NCBI GenBank assembly: GCA_951406725.2
Contig: OX597835.1
Location: forward strand, 47,554,001-47,618,000
Origin: Octopus vulgaris
Taxonomy: Eukaryota
DNA length: 64,000 nt
Reading direction: 5' to 3'
The translations under genes were made by a program, and so were the position numbers. Under the pieces are notes generated by a model. The model searched no databases. It was not told the origin of the DNA and saw only the letters and a program-made list of their open reading frames with translations. Positions 53,664 to 64,000 of this stretch are shown here, piece after piece. Each line of letters begins with the position of its first letter. Within the stretch, counting starts at the first letter, position 1.

Positions 53664-53703
53664 CGATCGATCGATAGGTAGATATATATATATATATATA
53701 TAT

Positions 53704-53734
<31 letters not shown>

Positions 53735-53738
53735 TATC

Positions 53739-53794
<56 letters not shown>

Positions 53795-54223
53795 CAGATA
53801 TCAATATTTGTCGATGATGATGTTGAGTTAAAATTTAATCAATTTTTCATTAAACTGAAGAATCACACAATACTTTTTAGATAACAGATTTCTTATACTT
53901 TTACAGGCATAAAATTGATGCGATAACTTCAAAGTTTCAACCAGGTAGCCCTTGTGAGAGAGACCGACAAAGATAAACGGCCAAAACTTCGAAATCACTG
54001 TCACCCCCTTTCCTGTACAAGTACAATGTGTGTGCATACATAAGCATGTATTATTATACGTCTATATCTATCTATCTATTTATCTATCTATCTATTCACA
54101 AATATACACACACATATATATGTCTGTCTGTATATATATATATATATATGTCAGCATTTGTATACACATACATACATGCATATATAAATGAATATATATT
54201 TAGATATAGATATAGATATCTGT

Positions 54224-54283
<60 letters not shown>

Positions 54284-55019
54284 TGTGTGTGTGTAAATAT
54301 GTATAAATGTATATATATAATTGTATTATAAATAACTCATCTCAATCGCTTGTACGTTTAAAATTCTTCAGACTTCAGATCCCTAAAAGCACAATAAAAA
54401 TTAACAAAAACAATTTTTTTTTCAGATAAAAAAAATTTCAAGGGAAAAATTAAATTTAGAAAGAAATCCTCTTAAGACTTTGAAAGACAAATTCTTGAAA
54501 CTTATTACAAAGAGGAATTCTTAAAACATAGAAAAAGCGAAGGAAAAAAATTTAAGAGAAATCTCATCGGGATGGTTAAATAAATATTGTTTTTATTCTT
54601 CAATTTTTCTTCTCTCGTTTCCTTCAGTGAAGTCCTTAAATACAATCAGGGACCTCCGCACGTGACTACTGGAACTAAATTGTCCCTACCCTACATTTAT
54701 ATTTTTAATTCAATTTTTTTTTTGTCTATTTTTGGCAATCCCCTTGATAACAATAAATATAGCTTTGATAAGTGTTAGCTGTATTTATCTCGTTTCTCTG
54801 AGTTATTGAACATGTCCCCTGGGAGACGTGTTTCAATTTTGGGGTGAGTTCCTACATAAAATCCTCGATCGTCTTACGTAAATGTCGCGCAATTTAATAA
54901 ATAAAGAAATATAATAACGATAGAAATGACACAAAATAAAAAAAAATGTTATAATTAACTAAAAAAAATTAAACATTAAAAAGAACTAAAATTCCATGCG
55001 ACAGTTTGGTGGATGGAAG

Positions 55020-55578
55020 AAGTGAAAGGCGGTGAATGACAATAATATAGGGCGGTGAATGAACGTATAAAGGGGCGGTGAAGGGTCTACGGAAACAGTG
55101 TTGAAGGAAAAAGATGGGAGTATTAAATAGCAAAGGGCAGGAGTACGAAAGGGTGGAGCGGTGGGACAGCGGTAAAGATTGGAGGGGACAATGCCAAGGG
55201 GCGGCGACGGAAGAGTGATGGAGGAAGTAAGAAAGGGCGGTGGGGTAACACCAAAGGGTGGTGTTGCAAACCTAATAAGTTACGGGGGCATAAACAAACC
55301 AGCATCGGTTGTCAAGTGGTGATGAGGATAAACATGATGCAAAGACACGCGTACTCACCCCATATATATTGCGTATGTATGGGTGCATGTATGTATGTTT
55401 GTATATGCCTGTCTCTCTCTTTCTTTGTCATTCTCTCTCTTTCTCTTTCTCTCTTTATAGACGCGCGCACGCGCACATACACACATATATAGGTTGATGG
55501 ATAGATTGACAGACAGACAGGCAGATAGGTAGATTGATAGACAGATAGATAGATAGACTGAGATAGATAGATACATAA

Positions 55579-55629
<51 letters not shown>

Positions 55630-55637
55630 TATAAGAC

Positions 55638-55674
<37 letters not shown>

Positions 55675-56500
55675 TTTATATCGACGACAAATGTCTTTCA
55701 GTTTCTGTCTAGCAATCCATTCCCGAGGCTTTGATTGGTCTGGCGCCGTTACAGAAGACACTTGTGCCGAAGATTCCACCCAGTGGGACTGAACCAAAGA
55801 CCACATGGTTAGAAAGCAAGCGTTTCAATCATTTAACCTGTGTCTATTTGGCAGAGGAAGTACGGAAGAATGGTGGAAGTAAAACGGAAGGATGGTGTAG
55901 AAAGTTTAAAAAAGAAATCTGGTGAGAGTACAAAAATCGGTGGTGGTGGTAGCAAAGGCTGGTAGACGCAGTACCTGAGGGTAGCGACTACGAAGATAAA
56001 GGATGTCGATGACAATCAGAAGATTGTTGGAATTAATATGGAATGATGGGGGAGTCAGCTCGGAAGGACGCTGGGACAAAAAGGATGGCGAGGGAAGAAG
56101 GATAGTCGAGGGTACGGAAGGATTATAAAGACTGCACGGAAGGAAGGTGGAGTCAGTGCCGAATAATGGTGAAGGTAGTAAAGAAGGATCTCAAAGGCAG
56201 AGCAAAACAGCGATGTTAGAGATTTTAGAAAGAGTCGTAAGGAAATTCGGAATGATGGTGCAGGGAAGGATGGTGGAGAGAGGACAACGGGTGCTGGAGG
56301 TGATATCAAATGCTGGAGGATAAAGTACCTAAAGGTGTTGAATGTGATAATACAGGATGATGGAGATAATCACAAAGTTGCTGGTGGAAGCACGGAAAGA
56401 TAGTGGAGGTAACACCAAAGGTGGTAAGGAATGATTGTGAAGACCATACCAAATGGTAGGAGCATTGGGAAAAGGTGGTCGCCAAGTGACAGGATAAAGT
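55020..56500. repeat. Degenerate purine/G-rich minisatellite interrupted by a family B SINE (-; ~55272-55840)
   Basis: Recurrent GGCGGTGAA / GATGGTGGAG units; SINE B head and tail split by (TAGA)n. Confidence 0.55.
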
Positions 56501-57087
56501 TGCTAATACCATTGTGCTCAAGAGAGCTAATATGTCAAGCATTTATGCTTTTCTAAGTGAATCCCAATTGTGGTGGAATGGACATACAGCGCGAATGCCT
56601 TCGATAAGGTTTTCTCTGGTGACTTAGCAGTTGGTTCTCAATCATGTGGCAGACCAATGAGAAGTAACAAAGACAGTCTAAAATGAAACTTTGAAAAATT
56701 GTAATACAACAGATTATGTCGTCCTAGATGGAGCCTTCCCACGTTCTTCGTTCCGTTTATCTTCTAGTAATTTTTGGGAAGTAAATTTTACCCCATCCCC
56801 TCTGTTTTGTTTGAATTTACATTTCTACCAAAATAAAACAACCGACAAAAAGGAAATTGAAAATACTATTAAGTGCGTCGGACAAAAATACTTCAAGTCA
56901 TTTCTTCCGGTTCTTTACGTTCTGAATTCAAATTCTGCCAAAGTTAAATTTCCTCTTTTTGAGGCCCATAAAATAAAGTACCAGCCAAGGCGTGGCGTCT
57001 GTGTTATGAACCCTTCCTCAGAAATTGCTGTCCCTACGCCCAAATTTGGAACCATTGCTTATTGTTGTTATTATAGCAAACTAGCAA

Positions 57088-57510
57088 AGGCGGGGAGCTG
57101 GCAGAATGGTTAGCACGCCGGGCGAAATGCTTAGCGGTAATTCGTCTGACGCTACGTTATGAGTTCAAATTCCGCCGAGCTTCACTTTGCCTTTCATCCT
57201 TTCAGGGTCGATATATTAAGTACCAGTTACGCTCTGGGGTTGATGTAATCGACTTATCCCCTACCCCAAAATTTCAGACCTTGTGCCTAGAGTAGAAAGG
57301 ATTTATAGGGAACTAGCAGAATTGTTAGCGTCTCGGACAAAATACTTGGCAATATCTCTTACGGCCAAGAAAAGTTGGCGTAAGAGATGTTGCCAAGTAT
57401 TTTCTGAATTCAAATCCTACCGTGGCCAACTCTATCTGAGGTCGATAAAATAAAGTACCAGTAACTGAAGTCGCTGCTGTTGACTTGCATCACGCCTTCA
57501 AAATTAGAAA
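57088..57510 (+). mobile_element. Two family A SINE copies, the second containing an inverted duplication
   Basis: Full copy 57088-57301; diverged copy 57308-57510. Confidence 0.85.
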
Positions 57511-57539
57511 GAAAGATTTTAAGTTCGAATAATAATAAT

Positions 57540-57604
<65 letters not shown>

Positions 57605-57644
57605 TGATAATGATAATAATAATAATGATAACAACAACAACAAC

Positions 57645-57675
<31 letters not shown>

Positions 57676-57684
57676 TTAATAATA

Positions 57685-57720
<36 letters not shown>

Positions 57721-57723
<3 letters not shown>

Positions 57724-58250
57724 CCCTGATGCAGTACCAGACAGTGGCTGTCATGGCTTCTGATCTTAACTGATTGGAAGTGTTTTCATGTACATTATTT
57801 TGTCTTGGGATAAAAGATGGGCTACAGCAAATATTCTGCTCAATACCACAGATTTGCTTGTCAGTTGTTTGACCTTAACCAGTTGAGCATGTCCCTTAGT
57901 GGCTGACGATATGTGCATCTCTGATCACGACCAGAAGTAGTTGGGGAGCATCATAGACATGTGTTGGGAGAGATTCTTTGGAGTTTGAATATTTCACCTC
58001 TGGAAACATGGGTGTTTCGTTCAACATCCTTAATCAAGCCTTATTCAAGGACCTTTTGAGCGGGATGGGCTACTCAACCTGCAAGGTCATGTGCTGTTTG
58101 TCTTGATATGAGATCACCATGTCGCGCACATATGGTTGTGATGCATGTGCCTAGTGTACCCTTATCAGACGGGTAGTCATGATGGGTATACTGCGCTTCG
58201 TACATTCTACCCCAGTGTCACTTTGATGGCATGCACTGCTCTCTCACTCA
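57721..58250. mobile_element. ~530-bp interspersed element inserted in (AAT)n/(GAT)n (likely R4/Dong-mobilised)
   Basis: Sharp boundaries against (AAT)n-type tracts on both sides; resembles a common octopus repeat (recall, unverified). Confidence 0.5.
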
Positions 58251-58429
58251 ATAATAATAATAATTATAACTTCAAATTTATTAATAACTTCAAATTTTTG
58301 TCGCAGGCCAGAAATTTTAGGGGGAAAGAGTTAGTAGGTTACCTCGAACCTTGTACTTGCTTGTACTTTATCTTATCTACCCTGAAGATACAGAATGTTT
58401 GTGTGACTTCAAGATCAATAGAGACTCAA

Positions 58430-58770
58430 TCAAGAAGCAATTAAAATCAATAACGTATTGATACACATTGAAGCAAAGAACATCTCACAAACAACCTCAA
58501 CAAGGCTGTCAGTAGGGCTGTTGCGAAAAAGATGGGATTGAAACAGAATCTTGACTTGAAAGAATAGAAAATAAACAACCTTGGGGGAAAAGGAGAATAT
58601 CAGAAAATACAAGCTCCCTGAATAGTGCAGTTTCAATGCTTGATAGGAAAAAAAAAGGAGAATTGAAAAGTGGGTGTAAATTTGAAAAACTGACGAAGTA
58701 TGGTGCTGATAGAAAAAGCCTAAATGTTGCAATTGAAGAGCTGAAGCAGCACAAAGCTAAACTAATTGGG
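58430..58770 (+). mobile_element. R4/Dong LINE ORF fragment (N-terminal to RT)
   Basis: QPWGKRRI...MLDRKKKGELK...KYG...NVAIEELKQ. Confidence 0.55.
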
Positions 58771-58799
58771 TTTGAGCAATAGGATAATCAATACCGGCA

Positions 58800-59011
58800 T
58801 GTGTGGTTGTGTTTGCTTTTTGTTTGCCCCATCCCCTTTGTTTGACAACCGGTATTGGTGTGTTTACGTCCGGGAACTTAGTGGTTCCGTAAAAAAGGTC
58901 GCTAGCACAAATACTAGGCTTCAAAAAATGCCCTGGGGTCGATTCGTTCGCGGAAACCCTTTAAGGCGGTGCGCCAGCATGGCCGCTGTCCAATGACCGA
59001 AACAAGTAAAC
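58800..59011 (+). mobile_element. SINE family B, 3' half
   Basis: TTGACAACCGGT...AAGGCGGTGCGCCAGCATGGCCGC...GAAACAAGTAAA. Confidence 0.8.
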
Positions 59012-59964
59012 TGTAAGGGGTAAACACTAGAACCAAACACACTCTCAGGAATTAGATTATTTTCTAAGAAACAGGATTAAGAATGCAATCGCTAAACCAA
59101 ATGGGTGAGAAAGAATGAAAGAAAAAAAAGGAAAAGGAATACAATCACGAAAGCTTCATGATAGTTTCCTAATTTTGAATTTTTAACAAATTATGATTGA
59201 ATAATATTAAAAAAATGCACAAATTTAGAGACATCAAATTTATCGCATCTGAAAGCAAAATTTAAACGCTGTTAGGACGATGAGTCCATGAAAAGATTCC
59301 TTCCGATGGAGTGATTCTTGTCATGGAAACATTATTTTATAAAGAAAATGTAATGGTCATTGTTGAAACTGCTATCGATTTATCGCAGATCTTCTAATTG
59401 GAGTGTAACTGATGTCACAGCAGTAAAAAAAAAAAGACAAAAAAGCCCCTCGCCCCAACAAAACCAAAAACAAAAACAACAGCATCGAATGATTGAAAAA
59501 AACCTTTTGCTGTTATTGTTGCTTAATCCGCATCATCTCTGATTAACCAAATCTGTTTAACGATATTTTCCAAACAGGATGTTTGCAGGACTTCATTAAT
59601 GCCTTGTGGTGTTCCATTGTCGTTTTTCATTTTTGTCAAACGTTTTCACGGAGATTTGACTGCTTTGTGTAGCAGCCTGAGTGCTTCAGGAAAAAGTCTC
59701 TACAGTAATAACCGATATAAATAATGTTGGTTGGTTGGTTGGTTGAATTTTCGAGTCACACTTTAGGTCGTATAGAGAGAGGGAGACAGAGAGTATAAGA
59801 GTTATACAGAAATAGCTAATAAAAAAGATGCAGGATGAATGCACATAACAGGTTGGTAGCAGAAGGGAGAAGGGCTAGGGCCCACTTGTCCCTTGCGTCG
59901 TATTGTTACTATTTGTTTTATGTTCAGCCCTTGTGGCCAATAAAGAAAAGATCGTTGCTGCTGT

Positions 59965-60220
59965 TAACATTATTATTATTATTAATGATTTGACTCAGGT
60001 TCGATCTTATTCCTGGTAGGAATCATGTGGGTAGCAGGTTACTACCTGTAACCTTAGGTATTCAAAAGTTTTCAGCAGCCTTTCAAGTAGTGCTTAGGGC
60101 CTCCTGAAAATCCTTGCTGTCCCTAAGATACTTTCTACCAGGCATTCTATTCCAATCTCCTTAAGCCATTTATCCACACCTTTGCTTACTGTTCCCAACG
60201 CAACAGTTACTGCTTCATGC
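59965..60220 (-). mobile_element. R4/Dong LINE 3' end
   Basis: ALGTVSKGVDKWLKEIGI...LGTARIFR followed by a (TAA)n tail. Confidence 0.65.
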
Positions 60221-60729
60221 TCCAAATTTTTCTTCTTCTTCTTCTTCTTCTTCTTCTTCTTCTTCTTCTTCTTCTTCTTCTTCTTCTTCTCCTCCTTCTT
60301 CTTCTCCCCCTCCTCCTATCCTCCTTCTTCTTCTTCTTCCTCCTCCTTCTAGTTTTAGGAAACTTTCTCCTCCCTCCCCTACCTCACCTCCGTATTCTTG
60401 ACGTGTACATTCGTGATTTTTGTTCTTTTGCTAGGGTAGGGGAGCGGAAACTCTTCCCAGTATTGTGTTGCATCCGTTTGTTGTGTTTTGAGGGTTTGGC
60501 TGCACTCTTTCGTTGTATCAGCGTTTGTATTCCGTGTTATGTGTGTAATGCGAGTTGTGCTCTTCTCTTGGATATTCGGTCTGTGAATGTTGTTGGATGT
60601 TTATTTTTATTGTTTATTTACAGCATAGAGGGTGTATTGTGTTTGTGGATGTATTTTGCTTGGGTTGTACCCTTGAAATGGTAGTGTCTTGCGTAGGGTG
60701 TGGGCTGTTCTTAGCAGGGCTAATTTTCG

Positions 60730-60960
60730 GACAATGTGTAGTGTTGATGGTCTAAGTATAACTTCTATATTACCCTTCCGACTTTAAATTTTTTTTGTGA
60801 CACACCCAACGCTCCAATTATTACTGGTATTGTTTTCACCGCCATACTCTGCATCTTGACTACTTCAATCATGAGATCTTTGTATTTTGACAATTTCTCC
60901 ATTTCCCTTTGGGCAATAATTTGGACAGAAGGGACTGCAATGTCTATTAGTAAGAAAATG
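60730..60960 (-). mobile_element. R4/Dong LINE restriction-like endonuclease fragment
   Basis: LLIDIAVPS...EMEKLSKYKDLMIEV...IPVIIGALG. Confidence 0.75.
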
Positions 60961-60984
60961 TTTTTTTTTCTAATCCTTGATTAT

Positions 60985-61320
60985 TAAATTAAAAATTGAA
61001 AAGAAATGGTGGAATGATAGAGCAAAAGGGGCACAAGAAGCAGCCGAGAGAAATGATGCCAAGGGTTTGTACTCTTACGATAAGGAGGTATATGTCCCCA
61101 AATCTTCTTCAATAGCTCCAGCGAGAACAACAAATGGACATTTTCTTCTGACTGACAGCGCTTCTATTCGTAAGTGTTGGGGGAGAACATTTTCCCGCAC
61201 TTTGGAATAGACCATCATCCGTTGATATGAGGATGATAGAAAAAAATGAACACCTTCCAGTTATAGAAGAGATGGTATTTGAACCAACTCGAAATGACAT
61301 TTATTCAGCTGCGAATTAAA
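60985..61320 (+). mobile_element. RTE (BovB-like) LINE fragment between endonuclease and RT
   Basis: WWNDRAKGAQEAAERNDAKGLY...EVY...NGHFLLTD...IRKCW. Confidence 0.72.
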
Positions 61321-61348
61321 AATATAGTAAAAAGGAAATAATAGCCGT

Positions 61349-61444
<96 letters not shown>

Positions 61445-61519
61445 TTATATATACATACATACATATACATATATATATATGTATATATATATATATACAT
61501 ATATATATATGTATATATA

Positions 61520-61566
<47 letters not shown>

Positions 61567-61663
61567 ATATATCTATTTATATTTATAAGACACATGCGAG
61601 GAAGTAATACAGATAAACATAGAAATTCAGAACATTATACAAGACCTCACGAATGTTTACACA

Positions 61664-61754
<91 letters not shown>

Positions 61755-62307
61755 AAAACACACACACACATAGTGCTGTTACTCTTTACTTATAACCTTT
61801 CTTATTCGAAATGTATGTATAAAAAATATCTGTAACCCGATTCTTGAAAATACCACACACAACATCTTCAAGAAAGTCCCAATAGCCACGGCACTAACGT
61901 GGCCCCTGCCATCACTGTATCCAAAATCGGTAGAGCGGAAAACAAAAGGTCTTTTGGGTATTTAGTTATGTCCCTTTATATTCTGATTTCAAAACCTACT
62001 GGGAGGTTTTCTACATTTTGCTTCATCCTTCCGGGGTGGATAAAATAAAATACCCACTCAGTAAGTACTGTAGCTGAAGAGATAGACTATGACCCCCACC
62101 CCCATGCCCACTCGCTCTCTCTCCTTTCTTCCCCCCCTCTCTGTCTCTCCGTCCCTCCCTCCCTCCAATCACGCAGATTTAGAATTTGCTTATAATGTTA
62201 TTCTGCTTGTCACGATATGTGTTCGAGTGTTACACATTGATTCATTTCAATCTATGGAATAGAGCAGAAGAATCGAAATATGTTAACATAAATGAAAGTT
62301 ACGTTAA

Positions 62308-62517
62308 CCCATTAAGTCCCAGAGGACTTAAATTTCTGAATATTACTTTTAAATTGAAAATAGGTTAAAATGAAAAAAATAATTATTAAAACTCCTTTAC
62401 TTCAAGTAGAAATGGAAATACTTGGTGTCCTATAAATAGGACACAGAGACAATGTGATATAGTTTATTTAATGTTCTCATTTAGTGTCCTATTTATAGAA
62501 CAGGGGGACTTAATGGG
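62308..62517. mobile_element. piggyBac-like MITE
   Basis: TIRs CCCATTAAGTCCC / GGGACTTAATGGG flanked by TTAA and TCAA. Confidence 0.72.
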
Positions 62518-62663
62518 TCAACGTTAAAAAAGCAGGTTGAGGTTTCGGGTTTAACCTCACTGTGCAGCATTTTGCGTAATGCCTTGGGAATGAATTTTGG
62601 AAGACGGTAAATGTGGAAGCCCATCGTATATGTATGTATGTGTATATATATATATATATATAG

Positions 62664-63027
62664 TTTTATTCTTTAATTTGTTTCAGTCATTTGACAGCGG
62701 CAATGCTGGAGCACCACCTTTAGTCGAACAAATCAATCCCAGGACATATTCTTTGTAAGCCTAGTACTTATTCTATCGGTCTTTTTGCCGAATCGCTAGA
62801 TTACGGGGGCGTAAACACACCAACATCGGTTGTGAAATGATGGTGGAGGACAACACAAAAACACAAACACACACACACACATATATATATACGACGGGCT
62901 TCTTTCAGTTTCCGTCTACCAAATCTACTCACAAGGCTTTGATCAGCCCGAGGTTATAGTAGAGGACACTTGTCCAAGATGCCATGCAGTGGGACTGAAC
63001 CCGGAACCAAGTGGTTGGAAAGCAGCC
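62664..63027 (-). mobile_element. SINE family B, near full length
   Basis: Near-identical to 19192-19548. Confidence 0.88.
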
Positions 63028-63354
63028 TGTATTTCTATAAATATAATGGCTGACTAAAACCTTGTTACTGGCTTTGGTAGACGGAAACTGAAAGAAGCCC
63101 GCCATGTTTTTATATGTGTGTGTGTGTGTGTGTATGTGTGTGTGTTTGTGTATGCGTGCGCATGTGTTAGCTTCCATAATATAAAATGAACAAGGAGAGA
63201 GATTTTGCTTTCAATTAAGTCTTTTGCTTTGTTTTTTTCGAATATATTTTAAAACTTTAATTGTAAGGAAATAAAGAGTTTCCTTTTTAAAAATTGATAT
63301 GTATTTCAACATTTCATATAAAAAACCCAAGAAATTTGATAATCTTTTTTAGTC

Positions 63355-63541
63355 TTGGAACAAGGCCCGAAATTTGGGGGGAGCGGCCAGTTGATAAGAT
63401 CGCAACTGGTACTTTATCAACCTCGAAAGGATGAAAGGCAAAGTCGACCTCGGCGTAATTTGAACTCAGAACGTAACGCCAGACGAAATAGCGCTAAGCA
63501 TTTCACCCGGCGTGCTAACGACTCTGCCAGCTCCTCGCCGC
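63355..63541 (-). mobile_element. SINE family A
   Basis: GATGAAAGGCAAAGTCGACCTCGGC...GCCAGCTCCTCGCCG. Confidence 0.88.
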
Positions 63542-64000
63542 TTTGAAAAGATTTGATAATGTTAAATTGCGATTAGTAATTTCTTGTATTGCACATACAA
63601 AGTTACCTGTAATATGAAAGGTTACACTTTAGTTAAAAAAAGAATACTTAAAACACGTGGAACTTCTACAGGTCCAGCTAATATCTGAAATTTAGACTGA
63701 ATTTGGTAGAATCGGTAGAGCAACGAACAAAATTCATTTAGTTACTACTTTCCGCAACGAGAGATTAAATTTCGTGCAATGATTTATTCTTCATTTCGTC
63801 CTTCCGAGATCGATAAACTTATGTATCAGCTCAAATACTGAAGTATATTGGATTGACTTCAGCACTTTCGTAATTTGTAATGCTGTGTCCCCTAGTGTCT
63901 TCATCCGGTATAACGCATCGACCATCTTGCTCTTGGGGCCTTTAGCAGAGTTATGTTTGTTGCAACGTTTTGGGCTACACCTCTCATTTGAAGAAAAATT

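Noticed and set aside
59275-59335. GATGAG-TCCATGA...TCATGGA-AAC hammerhead-like hairpin
   Set aside because: Lacks the CU of CUGA and a free GAAA after the stem; too degraded to call

Overview
AT-rich, microsatellite-saturated eukaryotic non-coding DNA. The SINE families and repeat landscape point to an Octopus (coleoid cephalopod) genome, probably a large intron or intergenic span. I found no convincing host protein-coding exon: nearly all listed ORFs are translations of (TA)n, (CA)n, (CATA)n, (TAGA)n, (TTTC)n or trinucleotide repeats. Mobile DNA comprises three tRNA-derived SINE families, RTE, L1/Tx1 and R4/Dong LINE fragments, Tc1, mariner, maT-like and Chapaev3-like DNA transposon relics, and several MITEs. 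Two less ordinary layers stand out. (1) A ~200-bp (TA)n-associated repeat carrying a minimal type I hammerhead ribozyme, plus three unrelated decayed hammerheads. (2) Short unique islands embedded in microsatellites that are complementary to each other over 0.3-1.4 kb. The clearest is a GC-rich ~75-bp near-perfect duplex (22221-22295 / 23588-23663); near 32-33.7 kb a set of boxes has two mutually exclusive partners. These are candidates for a long-range pre-mRNA pairing scaffold (ADAR editing or splicing control), but this is untested inference.
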